Shown: positions 19,048 to 29,817 of the stretch, piece by piece
How positions within the stretch are numbered: position 1 is the stretch's first letter
Layout: the number at the start of each line of letters is the position of its first letter
Assembly: GCA_045606425.1 (NCBI GenBank)
Contig: JAZURV010000004.1
Coordinates: forward strand, 120,987 to 184,986
Length of the DNA stretch: 64,000 bases
Direction: 5' to 3'
From: Candidatus Enterousia sp.
GTDB lineage: Bacteria > Pseudomonadota > Alphaproteobacteria > Rs-D84
Notes under the pieces: generated by a model
Database searches by the model: none
What the model was told of the DNA's origin: nothing
What the model saw: only the letters and a program-made list of their open reading frames with translations
Position numbers and translations under genes: made by a program

Positions 19048-20892
19048 ATGAAAATAAGAAACATTGCTATTATTGCACACGTTGACCATGGGAAAACAAC
19101 CCTGGTTGATAATATGTTAAAACAAGCCGGAACTTTCCGTGAAAATGAACATGTCGAAGACCGCGTCATGGACAGTGGTGATATCGAACGCGAACGCGGG
19201 ATTACAATTTCTGCAAAACCCACATCTATTCAATGGGGCGAATACAAAATCAACATCGTTGATACGCCTGGACACGCAGACTTTGGCGGCGAAGTGGAAC
19301 GCATTTTATCTATGGTTGACGGGGTTGTGTTATTGGTGGACAGTGCCGAAGGCCCCCTGCCCCAAACTAAATTCGTGTTATCAAAGGCATTGAAATTAAA
19401 CCTGCGCCCGATTGTTTGCATCAACAAAATTGACCGTGGTGACGCACGCCCAGACGAAGTTTTAACAGAAACTTTTGATTTGTTTGATAAACTTGGCGCA
19501 ACAGATTCACAACTTGATTTCCCATATTTGTATGCTTGTGGAAGGGATGGTTGGGCAATCCGTGATTTGAAAGACATCGATAATCCTAACAAAGATTTAA
19601 CACCATTATTCCAACTGATTGTTGACCATGTTCCTGCCCCAGATTGCAACGGAACAAGATGCCAATTGGACGCACCTTTTAAAATGTTGGCAACTACATT
19701 AGAGGCAGACCCGTATGTCGGACGAATCCTGACTGGTAAAATTGAATCAGGCACTGTAAAGGTCGGTCAAAGTGTTAAAGCAATCAACATGGCGGGCGAA
19801 TTTATCGAAAATGCAAAAATCACAAAAATCATCGAACATCAAGGCGTTAACAAGGTTTCGCGCGAATCTGCTTCAGCTGGCGACATTGTCGTTATCGCCG
19901 GATTCACCAAGGCAACCGTGGCGGATACTTTATGCGACCCAAGTGTCAACGAACCAATCCCTGCGATGCCTATTGACCCACCAACCCTGACGATGACATT
20001 CTTTGTAAACACTTCACCATTGGCGGGTAAAAGCGGTAAAAAATTGACATCGCGTATGATTGGCGAAAGATTGTTCCGCGAAGCCGAAACCAACATCGCC
20101 CTGCGCGTCAGCCAAAGCGCAAACAACGAAGCATTCGAAGTTTCTGGTCGTGGCGAATTACAATTGGGTATTTTGATTGAAACAATGCGCCGCGAAGGTT
20201 TTGAATTGAGTGTATCCCGCCCACGCGTTGTTATGCAAACTTCCGAATCTGGCGAAAAATTAGAACCAATCGAAGAAGTTGTTATCGATGTGGACGATGA
20301 ATTCAGTGGTGTTGTTATTGAAAAAATGACTAAACGCAAGGCCACCATTACCGAAATGAAACCATCGGGCGTTGGCAAAACGCGTATCGTGTTTTCTGCA
20401 CCATCGCGTGGTTTGATTGGTTATTTGTCTGAATTCAGAACCGACACCCGTGGCACAGGTATTATGAACCGCGTATTCGATAAATATGATTTATATCGTG
20501 GTCCAATTACTCAATACCGCCCTGGCGTTTTGGTATCTATGGAAGCAGGCAGCACAACAACATACGCCCTGCACAATCTGGAACCACGCGGTGTTTTGTT
20601 TGTTGGCCCACAAACCGAAGTTTATTCCGGCATGATTGTTGGCGAACACAGCAAAGAAAACGATATAGAGGTCAACCCTGTGCGTGGCAAACAATTGACC
20701 AATGTCCGCAGTGTGACCGCAGATGAAAAATTGTTCCTGGCCCCACCACGCAAGATGTCATTGGAAGAAGCGCTGTCTTATATCCAAGATGATGAATTGG
20801 TAGAGGTCACGCCCGCAACAATTCGCCTGCGCAAAAAAGAATTGGACAGCGGTAAACGCAAAAAAGCATATCGCTTTGCCGAAACAGACTAA
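19048..20892 (+). CDS. typA: Translational GTPase TypA/BipA
   Basis: 614 aa with G1-G4 motifs (AHVDHGKTT, DTPGH, NKID) and a BipA-specific C-terminal domain. Confidence 0.93.
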   Translation: MKIRNIAIIAHVDHGKTTLVDNMLKQAGTFRENEHVEDRVMDSGDIERERGITISAKPTSIQWGEYKINIVDTPGHADFGGEVERILSMVDGVVLLVDSAEGPLPQTKFVLSKALKLNLRPIVCINKIDRGDARPDEVLTETFDLFDKLGATDSQLDFPYLYACGRDGWAIRDLKDIDNPNKDLTPLFQLIVDHVPAPDCNGTRCQLDAPFKMLATTLEADPYVGRILTGKIESGTVKVGQSVKAINMAGEFIENAKITKIIEHQGVNKVSRESASAGDIVVIAGFTKATVADTLCDPSVNEPIPAMPIDPPTLTMTFFVNTSPLAGKSGKKLTSRMIGERLFREAETNIALRVSQSANNEAFEVSGRGELQLGILIETMRREGFELSVSRPRVVMQTSESGEKLEPIEEVVIDVDDEFSGVVIEKMTKRKATITEMKPSGVGKTRIVFSAPSRGLIGYLSEFRTDTRGTGIMNRVFDKYDLYRGPITQYRPGVLVSMEAGSTTTYALHNLEPRGVLFVGPQTEVYSGMIVGEHSKENDIEVNPVRGKQLTNVRSVTADEKLFLAPPRKMSLEEALSYIQDDELVEVTPATIRLRKKELDSGKRKKAYRFAETD

Positions 20893-20894
20893 AT

Positions 20895-20923
20895 TAAAAA
20901 CCGCCAAAATGGCGGTTTTTTTA
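20895..20923. terminator. Bidirectional rho-independent terminator
   Basis: aaaaaccgccaaaatggcggttttttt between convergent typA and the first glycosyltransferase gene. Confidence 0.75.
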
Positions 20924-22144
20924 ATATTCGTATTTCAATACTTTCTTTAACCATTGCCGGAAATGATTTCTGCGTATACGCCCAGGCACAAAACACGAAA
21001 TATATTTAATGATATATTTTTTTACTGACTTTGTTGCATATTGTTGCGTATCACATTTAGACAACGCGATTTCGTAATCGGCAAATTCTTTATCCCAACC
21101 CATCAAATCTTTATCTGTATATTTAAAGCCATTTTCGTCAAAGAATTTTTTCATATACTCTGTCAAACCGATAATTTGTGGCGTCAAAGACCAATGGTCT
21201 GTTGGCACAGATTCCATTGACCCGACAATAAATATCGAATCTAATCCCTTTGCCATGTCTATAACATATTGCGTATCTGCATTATCTTGCAGTGGTGTAT
21301 TGCGTTTAATTTGAATAACCGTTCCACCCGGTTTCATAAACAAAGCAAGATGCAACGCGGTCCCCGCGCACCCCGCCAAAACCCGACAATTTTTAACCAG
21401 CGCAATTTGTTCCACCAATGGCAAGGTTTCAGGATAAATTATTTTAAATCCATTTTTTTCGAATATTTTTTGAATTGTCTTTTCACCATAGGTCAATCGG
21501 TCCAACGGCATTTTTGCACGCGACAGGTATATTTTTTCATATATTTCGCCATCATCCACACTGACCGCCATTTTATCATACATATCGCGATAGGCATTTG
21601 TGTAATACGCACTTAAATCAAATCCAGGCGTTGGAATAAAGACATTTTTAAACCGTGTTGTTTTATCTAATAAAATAATATTTTCTTTCTTTACCCCCAG
21701 CAAGCCCAGCAACACATAAATATAGTCATTTATTTTTTTGGATTTGGTTTCGTCGATAATAACCACTTTTGCATTTTTATATTTCTTGTCAATCAAACAC
21801 CAACCGCGATTTATGTGTTCTAATAAAAAATGCCCAAAAGAATTTTTTCCCAAATGGCATAAATAAATAACTTCTTCATCAACATACGGTATATTTTTAT
21901 GGTTAAAGGTTGGAACAAATTGACCCTTGTGCCCCTTGTGATTTTGCATGGACGATTTTACAAATTTGAAATTATCATCAAAAACACCGAAACCGTTTTC
22001 GTGTTCGTTGGCAATAATACCATTTTTGATAACTTCAACCACAGGTTCTGATTCTTTATAATAATGTTTTAATTTTTTTGTTAAATATTTGGTATATTTG
22101 CTATCAGCATATATTTTCATAAACCCACCTTTTTTATGATACAA
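20921..22144 (-). CDS. Glycosyltransferase, GT61/DUF563 family
   Basis: 407 aa; the GHFLLE motif and overall layout resemble DUF563/GT61, a family that is mostly eukaryotic. Confidence 0.6.
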   Translation of the reverse strand: MYHKKGGFMKIYADSKYTKYLTKKLKHYYKESEPVVEVIKNGIIANEHENGFGVFDDNFKFVKSSMQNHKGHKGQFVPTFNHKNIPYVDEEVIYLCHLGKNSFGHFLLEHINRGWCLIDKKYKNAKVVIIDETKSKKINDYIYVLLGLLGVKKENIILLDKTTRFKNVFIPTPGFDLSAYYTNAYRDMYDKMAVSVDDGEIYEKIYLSRAKMPLDRLTYGEKTIQKIFEKNGFKIIYPETLPLVEQIALVKNCRVLAGCAGTALHLALFMKPGGTVIQIKRNTPLQDNADTQYVIDMAKGLDSIFIVGSMESVPTDHWSLTPQIIGLTEYMKKFFDENGFKYTDKDLMGWDKEFADYEIALSKCDTQQYATKSVKKYIIKYISCFVPGRIRRNHFRQWLKKVLKYEY

Positions 22145-22202
22145 ATCATATTATAAATTTGTTATAATGTAAATAATATAAATAAAAAAGGACTATACAA
22201 AA

Positions 22203-23075
22203 ATGAAAACACCATTGATATCAGTTGTAATCCCAATGTATAACGCAGAAAAATTTATTCGAAAACCATTGGAACATTTGATTCATCAAACATATAAAAA
22301 CCTGGAAATCATCATTGTGGACGATGGCAGCACCGATAACTGTGCCGACATTGTTAAACAATATGCAAAACACGACAAACGCATTAAATTGATTCAGCAA
22401 AAAAATGCAGGCGTATCGGTCGCATCTAACACTGGGATAAAGGCAGCAACCGGGGAATATATTCATATTCACGACCACGATGATTTTGTGAATTTGGAAT
22501 ATTTTGAAAAAATGGCAAATGCTGCAATTTTGACCAATGCCGATGTTTTATGTGGCGAAGTAAACCAGCCAGAATATAATTTCCCAAAATTTGATTCAAT
22601 TGAAATTTGTGTATCGTTGGCCGACAAAATAGAAAAAACACGCGCAAACAGATTTAACCCTGCATGGCGCTATGTTTATAAAACAGCCTTTATCCGTAAA
22701 TCAAAATTATTGTTTGAACCATCTGTTTTAGGTGCCCAGGATATATTGTTTTCAAAACCCGCGATTATTTTAGCAGATACTGTCGCGACGGTTCCAGGTG
22801 CAATTTACAATGTTGTAAACACACCAACCGCATTGGGCAAAAACAAAAAGAAATTAAAACAAAGTATCAGCGAAGAAACCAAACGCGCATGGAAAAAATA
22901 CGATGAATTTATAACGGAGCACCATGCCAAAGAATTACTGGAATCACCAGAAAGACCATTTGCCCAGGAAAAATTCAAAATATTCAACAAAACTGTTTTC
23001 CGTCGCGATATATATACCCGTAAAATAAAATCTTATTTATTCGGTATAAATATCGGAACAAAACATATAATTTAA
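22203..23075 (+). CDS. Glycosyltransferase family 2
   Basis: N-terminal GT-A signature VVIPMYNAEKFI ... DDGSTD ... HDHDD (DxD). Confidence 0.8.
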   Translation: MKTPLISVVIPMYNAEKFIRKPLEHLIHQTYKNLEIIIVDDGSTDNCADIVKQYAKHDKRIKLIQQKNAGVSVASNTGIKAATGEYIHIHDHDDFVNLEYFEKMANAAILTNADVLCGEVNQPEYNFPKFDSIEICVSLADKIEKTRANRFNPAWRYVYKTAFIRKSKLLFEPSVLGAQDILFSKPAIILADTVATVPGAIYNVVNTPTALGKNKKKLKQSISEETKRAWKKYDEFITEHHAKELLESPERPFAQEKFKIFNKTVFRRDIYTRKIKSYLFGINIGTKHII

Positions 23076-24025
23076 TCTCGTTTTAATTTTTCAATGAATT
23101 TATCCATAACCGTATCATAAACTTCATTACGGTTGTGGATATTGAATCGGTTTAATGCTTTTGCTTTTGGTGAATCGGCCATATTTTCATAACAGGCATC
23201 ACCTTTATTACAACGCGTCATAAATTCATCAAATGATTTTGTCACATAATGATTACATCTTATTATATCGCAAGACGGCGGATTATTTGTTTGATCTATA
23301 AATCCCAATCTTTTTCCATTTTCATCGATGGTAAAGCCTGCGACTTCGCTGGTGTGTGGATTATTCATATCCAGTATCATTCGCGGATTAAATATAGATT
23401 TTACCCCCCATGTTTTATCCGCATGCATTTTGAAACGTTCGATAACCAAACCTGGCTTTTTTTCTTTTTGATTTGACGAACCATAAATCATCCAACCAAC
23501 AACCAAAGCACTAAACTGTGGCAAAGTCTTTAAATAATCCACTAAATTATCATATTTCAATGAAAATACAAATTCATCTAAATCTATAAAAGCCATCCAA
23601 CGCGTTTTATCAGAATATTTATTTACCGCATCTTTATATGCCACCATTTGCTGTGCAAGACCTGGCCAATAAATATGTTCAACAATACCTTTTTTTACAT
23701 AAGGTTTCAACACAGCCGCCGTATCATCAGTTGATTCATTATCATAAAGGTAAAATTTTTGCACCCCATTCAAAATATGAAAATCAAGCCATTCTTTTAA
23801 ATAAGGTCCTTCATTTTTCATAATCGCAACGACAGATAATTCATTTTCAAATTTTTTAATTTTATCTGTACGAACTGTGTCTTTATACCGTTTGACCCCA
23901 ATCAGCAAGATTCCACGCAGGGCCTTTCTGTATTTTTTTACCGGAATCCAAAAAGTACACAAAGTCGCTAAAAATTTCCGTTGTTTTGATATTTTTGGTA
24001 AAGCCATTTTTATTCCCTGTTGCAT
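23072..24025 (-). CDS. Glycosyltransferase family 92 (Glyco_transf_92/DUF23-like)
   Basis: LSVVAIMKNEGPYLKEWLDFHILNGVQKFYLYDNESTDDT matches the GT92 N-terminal signature. Confidence 0.6.
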   Translation of the reverse strand: MQQGIKMALPKISKQRKFLATLCTFWIPVKKYRKALRGILLIGVKRYKDTVRTDKIKKFENELSVVAIMKNEGPYLKEWLDFHILNGVQKFYLYDNESTDDTAAVLKPYVKKGIVEHIYWPGLAQQMVAYKDAVNKYSDKTRWMAFIDLDEFVFSLKYDNLVDYLKTLPQFSALVVGWMIYGSSNQKEKKPGLVIERFKMHADKTWGVKSIFNPRMILDMNNPHTSEVAGFTIDENGKRLGFIDQTNNPPSCDIIRCNHYVTKSFDEFMTRCNKGDACYENMADSPKAKALNRFNIHNRNEVYDTVMDKFIEKLKRD

Positions 24026-24100
24026 TTAATAATATTATAGAGCCTAAACCCTTGAAAAGCAAATATAAACAATGTATAGTTATATCAAAGTGATAGCATT

Positions 24101-24937
24101 ATGCCGGATCGATTATTTTTATTTGCAGGTTTCGACAAAGATTGCATTATTGACGATGCGCTGATTTATTATGTAAAAACACTTTCCAAATATGGCGATA
24201 TTATTGTGTGTATGGATTCCAATTGCCCAAAATCTGAAATCGACAAAATCAAAAGATATACTCTGCATACCATAGCCACGCGACATGGCGAATATGATTT
24301 TGGTTCATACAAACGCGCCTATCAGTATGCCCGCGACAAAAAAATACTAAAAAATTATGATTATTTATATCTGGTCAACGATTCAGTATTTGGTCCCACA
24401 ATAAATATGAAAAATATTTTGAAAAGCATTGAATCGAAAAATGATGATGCGGTTGGTATGGTTATATCAAAACACAAAACACATTCTTTTATGGAATCTT
24501 GGTTCGTAAGATTGAACAGGAAAATTTTCTTGTCATATTGGTTTGATGAATTTATGTCGTCTGTATGCGCCGAACCTGACAAATCTGCAATCACTATAAA
24601 ATACGAACACGGACTGACTAATTTAATACAAAAACACAATTGCACATGGGGCGGAATATTTACTGTACATGGTCGCGGAACATACAACAAACCAAAAAAA
24701 TTATTTCAATCTGGCATGCCATTTATTAAAAAAATGTCATTCACACGACACAACGGGGCATTGGGAAATCAAATTAAATACATATTGAACAATTGCAACA
24801 GTGCGGCAAAAAACGCTATATTAAAATCGGCACACAGATTATATGGCGCGGAATATATGGAACAATTTTTAACTTCAAATGCTATAAAGATATTTATGCG
24901 AAACATAACCTATATAACCCGAAAAATATGGAAATAA
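24101..24937 (+). CDS. Putative polysaccharide biosynthesis glycosyltransferase, rhamnan-synthesis-F (RgpF)-like
   Basis: 278 aa; FAGFDKDCIIDDALIYYVKTL and RHGEYDFGSYKRAY resemble Rhamnan_synth_F proteins; recalled from memory, not verified. Confidence 0.4.
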   Translation: MPDRLFLFAGFDKDCIIDDALIYYVKTLSKYGDIIVCMDSNCPKSEIDKIKRYTLHTIATRHGEYDFGSYKRAYQYARDKKILKNYDYLYLVNDSVFGPTINMKNILKSIESKNDDAVGMVISKHKTHSFMESWFVRLNRKIFLSYWFDEFMSSVCAEPDKSAITIKYEHGLTNLIQKHNCTWGGIFTVHGRGTYNKPKKLFQSGMPFIKKMSFTRHNGALGNQIKYILNNCNSAAKNAILKSAHRLYGAEYMEQFLTSNAIKIFMRNITYITRKIWK

Positions 24938-24941
24938 AGAA

Positions 24942-25781
24942 ATGGTAAAAAAATTAAAAAAAATCGCAGCAATAACGATGGCACGCAACGACGAATTTTT
25001 CTTGTCCCGTTGGATTGCGTATTATGGAAAACAATTCGGAACTGAAAATTTATACATTATATTGGATGGCACGGACCAAATTGTTCCAGAAAACGCAGGC
25101 AACGCACACATAACAAAATTACCACACACAAACATGTCGCGCGCGGCGGGTGATAAATATCGCATAAATCAGATTTCACAAATGGCACAAAAACTGTTGC
25201 AAAACTATGATATAGTCCTGGGCTGTGACAGCGATGAATTTTTAATTGTTGACCCACGCACAAATCAAAACCTGCACCAATATTTATCCAATCGAAAAAT
25301 CCACACCAGCCTTTCTGGACTTGGACTGGATGTTGGTCAACACCTGTATTGCGAAGCGATATTGGACCCCGACGCGCCGTTCCTGGAACAACGCGAATAC
25401 GCCCTGCTTTCCACGCGTTATACGAAACCGGTTGTTATAAACAAACCGGTACAATGGGGCAGCGGTTTTCACAGCGTAAAGAACCATAATTTTCACATAG
25501 ATAAAAATTTATACCTTTTGCATTTTGGTTCGGTTGATATGGACATGTTGGAACAAAAGGCTAAAAACCGTGGCGCAGATTGGGTAAACCACCTGAAACG
25601 GCGCGGGAACGGAACCATCAACGCCGTCACAAAATCAAAACCAAAATCCGAAAAATGGTTGCGCATAGCACGCACTATTCAAACATATTGTCGTCCGATT
25701 TATGCCCTGCGTAAACCGGCGATGTTTGGATTAAAAATTGTTGTAAAAATACCCGCACGGTTTAAGAAATCTGGGATATAA
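24942..25781 (+). CDS. Putative GT-A fold glycosyltransferase (GT92/GT2-like)
   Basis: IAAITMARNDEFFLSRWIAYYGKQFGTENLYIILDGTDQ has GT-A/GT92-like N-terminal layout. Confidence 0.45.
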   Translation: MVKKLKKIAAITMARNDEFFLSRWIAYYGKQFGTENLYIILDGTDQIVPENAGNAHITKLPHTNMSRAAGDKYRINQISQMAQKLLQNYDIVLGCDSDEFLIVDPRTNQNLHQYLSNRKIHTSLSGLGLDVGQHLYCEAILDPDAPFLEQREYALLSTRYTKPVVINKPVQWGSGFHSVKNHNFHIDKNLYLLHFGSVDMDMLEQKAKNRGADWVNHLKRRGNGTINAVTKSKPKSEKWLRIARTIQTYCRPIYALRKPAMFGLKIVVKIPARFKKSGI

Positions 25782-26739
25782 GTTTTTCAATTCTGCGTCT
25801 ATACCGCCATGCGTGAAAATCAGGCACATTGTCAAACACGCCCAATTTTTTCAAATCCAATAATCCAGATTTAATTTTGCGTAATTCGTCTTTATCGTCT
25901 ATTTGTTTAGCATAAACATAAACCCGTGACAAAATATCCCACATAAAACGCGATTTCCATCTGCGCCTATTCAACCAAGACATATTTGTCGACACCATAT
26001 ATTGGTAAGACAACCCAACAGCGGCGATTAAATTTTTAACAGATTTAATATAATCCGCCGTATGCAAAATAGACCCAGGATTCGCCGTATAACTATACAA
26101 AGGCAATTTTATTATACAAACAGTCGGGGTTTTAAACAAAACACGCGACCAAAAAACAAAATCTTCCAGCACACAAATATTTTCAGGACATTTTATATTT
26201 TTGATTAAATCTGTTTTATATAAATTACGCCAAACCACACACTGTTGAACATACCAAGAATCCATACCTTTGTCCCGGTTAGTAGCCCAATATAACAAAT
26301 GATTGGTAGTTTTTGTTTTAATATTTTTTACATCATATCTTTTATCAAACCAACCTGGGATATCAGCCGATGCATCACCACGCAAATACCGGAAAGAAAC
26401 AATATCAGTATTTTTTTCTTTTGCCAAATTATACACTATTTCAAAAGCCTGTGGATGGATACAATCATCACTGTCTAAAAACATAACATACGGTGTTTTA
26501 ACTTTTTTCATTGCTTCATTACGTGCCGCAGACAAACCACCGTTTTCTTTGTGAATAACGACAAATCTTTTGTCTTTTTTTGCGTATTCGTCCAAAATTT
26601 TTCCACAATTATCCGAACTGCCGTCATCAACACAAATTGCTGTCCAATCATGAAATGTCTGATTTAACAAACAATCCAAACATCTGTGCAGATATTTTTC
26701 AACATTATAAACCGGTATAATTACAGATATTTCAGCCAT
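25762..26739 (-). CDS. Glycosyltransferase family 2
   Basis: ISVIIPVYNVEKYL...DDGSSDNCGKILDEYAKKDKRFVVIHKENGGLSAARNEAMK...DSDD. Confidence 0.85.
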   Translation of the reverse strand: MAEISVIIPVYNVEKYLHRCLDCLLNQTFHDWTAICVDDGSSDNCGKILDEYAKKDKRFVVIHKENGGLSAARNEAMKKVKTPYVMFLDSDDCIHPQAFEIVYNLAKEKNTDIVSFRYLRGDASADIPGWFDKRYDVKNIKTKTTNHLLYWATNRDKGMDSWYVQQCVVWRNLYKTDLIKNIKCPENICVLEDFVFWSRVLFKTPTVCIIKLPLYSYTANPGSILHTADYIKSVKNLIAAVGLSYQYMVSTNMSWLNRRRWKSRFMWDILSRVYVYAKQIDDKDELRKIKSGLLDLKKLGVFDNVPDFHAWRYRRRIEKLISQIS

Positions 26740-27762
26740 TTAGTTTTCTTCCCCAATAAATTCATAAATTTTTTCCCGCAAATCATACCATTCGTTTGGC
26801 ACATCATCGAACACGCCAATTTTGTTCATTTCAGAAAATTCAGCACGCGCCACATCGAATTCAGCATCAGATTTCAAATACTTTAATTTTCTAAACGCCC
26901 AATTCACAAACAACCACATAAATTGTTCCTGCCATTTTTTCATTTGGTCATTATCTGCCTTTTCTTTATACAATTGAAAAGATGTTTTTATCCCGATGCA
27001 TAAACTTTGCATAATTTTTAACTGTTTTGCAGACAACACAATCCCACCAAAATTCGGGATATAAAAATACAGTGGCAACGGCACAACGGTCACACGCGGT
27101 TTCTTTAACATAATCGCAGACCACCACGGAAAATCTTCGAACAAAATACCCTTGATAAACGGTGTATCTGCAATCAAAGATTTTTTATAAAGGTTTTTCC
27201 AAACCTGACAATGTTTAATCAGCCATTTACGATTTGGATTCAATTTATTATGCGTGCGTTCTGTGGCAAATTCGAAAACATCATCTGTTGTCCGCATTGG
27301 AATTTTATTCAAATCATATTTTTTCTTGATACCGAACGGAACGACATTATCAGTGTCCAAACGCAGAACATGTCGCACCATCAGTTGCGGCCGATAAAAC
27401 CGGTCATAGGTAAAAGACACTATATCAGATTTATTTTTAACCAATGCATTATACGCAATTTCCATAGTCTGGGGATGAATAAAATCATCACTGTCCAGGA
27501 ACATTATATATTCCCCAGTCGCATATTTCATACCGAAATTACGCGCATCAGACAAACCACCGTTTTCTTTGTGCACAACAACAAACCGTTTATCGCGGGC
27601 GGCATAAGATTCTGCGATGCTACCCGATTTATCTGGGCTGCCATCATCAACACAAATCGCCTGCCAATCTTGAAAAGTCTGATTTAATACACTGTCCAAA
27701 CAACGGGGCAGATATTTTTCCACACCCCACATTGGAATAATTATGGATATTTTTGGTTTCAT
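26740..27762 (-). CDS. Glycosyltransferase family 2 (tandem paralog of 25762..26739)
   Basis: ISIIIPMWGVEKYL...DDGSPDKSGSIAESYAARDKRFVVVHKENGGLSDARNFGMK...DSDD; the two tandem copies share much of their N-terminal GT2 region by eye. Confidence 0.85.
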   Translation of the reverse strand: MKPKISIIIPMWGVEKYLPRCLDSVLNQTFQDWQAICVDDGSPDKSGSIAESYAARDKRFVVVHKENGGLSDARNFGMKYATGEYIMFLDSDDFIHPQTMEIAYNALVKNKSDIVSFTYDRFYRPQLMVRHVLRLDTDNVVPFGIKKKYDLNKIPMRTTDDVFEFATERTHNKLNPNRKWLIKHCQVWKNLYKKSLIADTPFIKGILFEDFPWWSAIMLKKPRVTVVPLPLYFYIPNFGGIVLSAKQLKIMQSLCIGIKTSFQLYKEKADNDQMKKWQEQFMWLFVNWAFRKLKYLKSDAEFDVARAEFSEMNKIGVFDDVPNEWYDLREKIYEFIGEEN

Positions 27763-27773
27763 AAATTATACCT

Positions 27774-28661
27774 TTACATCTTTGAAATTGCCTCTGCAAA
27801 GGTGCCTGGTAACGGCGCATCTGCATAGGCGCATTTTTGAAAGAATGAATCTTTGGTTAATTTCTTGAACAGTTTTGCATCATATGGTTTATGTTTATAT
27901 TCATGCCACAATGCGTGTGTTGGGTCTTGGTCAATATGTGGCATTTCTGCAAAGTATTTTATTGCCCGCGGATCATTTTCAACCAAAGTTCTGAATAACA
28001 ATTGGTGCATAAAATAATCAAAACTGTGATTTTCGTGCATCCAATAATCCAAAATCATCGCACGCCACGCCGCCAATAAATACGCCCCCTTGCGCGCACG
28101 GATAAAGCAATTTTGCATATAAGAATATTTTTGCCCGACATTACCAACCATAAAAACAAAGAAATCCAAATCGATAATCCAATCTGGAATTGGTTCTGTC
28201 ACAAATGCAGTAGAATCCAACCAAATCCCCCCATGTTCATAAAGCAATTCAACACGGACAATATCTGCAAAATGTGCGCGTCTGATTTTCCCAGCACGAT
28301 ATTTTTCAACAATTTCGCGTGGCAAATTTACATATTGTTCGAAATTATTATCGTCCAGAACAACCAATTCTTGCTTGCAGTGTTTACGCACGCTGCGAAA
28401 GCACGCCTTTACCAAATCAGGGGCTTTTTCTTCGCCCTGTTGCCACATTGTCCAAATTTTTTCATTTTCATCATCTTTGACAATCGGCATTTCTTTGACC
28501 GCGGCGGCGGCTGGCAAATATCGCTTGAAATAACGCACTGCGATTTTTGCGAACACATCACATCGCACGGCACTGCGCACCGCGCGCGGACGCCACACCC
28601 AATTTAAAATATGTGCCCGAACCACAATCTGTGTCAATGCCCATGCGCGCGATATATTCAT
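27774..28661 (-). CDS. Glycosyltransferase with DXD sugar-binding region (GT32/Caps_synth-like)
   Basis: HFADIVRVELLYEHGGIWLDSTAFV matches the Gly_transf_sug (GT32, Och1-like) motif. Confidence 0.6.
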   Translation of the reverse strand: MNISRAWALTQIVVRAHILNWVWRPRAVRSAVRCDVFAKIAVRYFKRYLPAAAAVKEMPIVKDDENEKIWTMWQQGEEKAPDLVKACFRSVRKHCKQELVVLDDNNFEQYVNLPREIVEKYRAGKIRRAHFADIVRVELLYEHGGIWLDSTAFVTEPIPDWIIDLDFFVFMVGNVGQKYSYMQNCFIRARKGAYLLAAWRAMILDYWMHENHSFDYFMHQLLFRTLVENDPRAIKYFAEMPHIDQDPTHALWHEYKHKPYDAKLFKKLTKDSFFQKCAYADAPLPGTFAEAISKM

Positions 28662-28681
28662 ATTAAACCCCTTTGGTTTTA

Positions 28682-29755
28682 TTATTCTGCATCAACGCCT
28701 TCGTCTTCATCGTCCATTGGACCAGTTGTCATTTCTTCGGCGATACCGTTTGCGCGTGCCATAATTTTATCCAGCAATTCTTTCTGGGCATCTTCATGGT
28801 CTTTCAACCAAGCACGTGCATTGGCTTCGCCCTGACCTATTCTTTCATTATTATAAGAATAGAACGAACCAGCCTTTTCAATCAGGTTATATTTCACACC
28901 CATATCCAAAATTTCACTTATTCTGGAAATACCTTCGCCATACATAATCTTGAAATCGACAGTACGGAACGGTGGCGCAACTTTATTTTTTACAACCTTG
29001 ACTCTGGTTTCATTACCGATAACATTTTCTTTATCTTTGATTGCACCTGTACGGCGGATATCCAGGCGTACCGACGCATAGAACTTTAACGCATTACCAC
29101 CCGATGTTGTTTCAGGTGACCCGAACATAACACCGATTTTCATACGAATCTGGTTGATGAAAATCAGCAAAGTATTACTGCGCGACACACTGCCCGCCAA
29201 CTTTTTCAAAGATTGTGACATCAAACGCGCAGTTGTTCCCATATATGTGTCACCAATGTTTCCTTCCAATTCAGCCTTTGGCACCAATGCCGCCACAGAA
29301 TCGACGACCACAACATCAACCGCACCTGATTTGATAAGAGTATCAGCAATTTCCAGTGCCTGTTCACCAGAATCAGGTTGTGATATAATCAGATTAGAAA
29401 CATCGACGCCCAATTTTTTAGCATACGATGGGTCCAGTGCATTTTCTGCATCGATATATGCGCAAGTGCCACCCTTCTTTTGTGATTCAGCAACCGCATG
29501 TAATGCCAATGTTGTTTTACCAGAAGATTCTGGACCATAAATTTCAACAATACGACCCTTTGGATAACCGCCAATTCCCAACGCGATATCAAGCCCAAGC
29601 GACCCAGTTGAAATCGCCTCTATATTTTGTTGGGAACCATCACTCATTTTCATGATGGCTTCTTTGCCAAATTGTTTTTGGATTTGCGCCAACGCCGATT
29701 CCAGTGCTGGATTTTTGGCAGGCGCGTTTTCTTTAACTACTTCTTTTTTTGCCAT
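28682..29755 (-). CDS. recA: Recombinase RecA
   Basis: 357 aa, Walker [11 protein letters not shown], RecA signature [14 protein letters not shown]. Confidence 0.95.
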   Translation of the reverse strand: MAKKEVVKENAPAKNPALESALAQIQKQFGKEAIMKMSDGSQQNIEAISTGSLGLDIALGIGGYPKGRIVEIYGPESSGKTTLALHAVAESQKKGGTCAYIDAENALDPSYAKKLGVDVSNLIISQPDSGEQALEIADTLIKSGAVDVVVVDSVAALVPKAELEGNIGDTYMGTTARLMSQSLKKLAGSVSRSNTLLIFINQIRMKIGVMFGSPETTSGGNALKFYASVRLDIRRTGAIKDKENVIGNETRVKVVKNKVAPPFRTVDFKIMYGEGISRISEILDMGVKYNLIEKAGSFYSYNNERIGQGEANARAWLKDHEDAQKELLDKIMARANGIAEEMTTGPMDDEDEGVDAE

Positions 29756-29817
29756 AAAATACCCCTTTCGTTTTATACCGAAATCTTACTAAGAAAAAAC
29801 ACTTAACGCAAGGGCTA

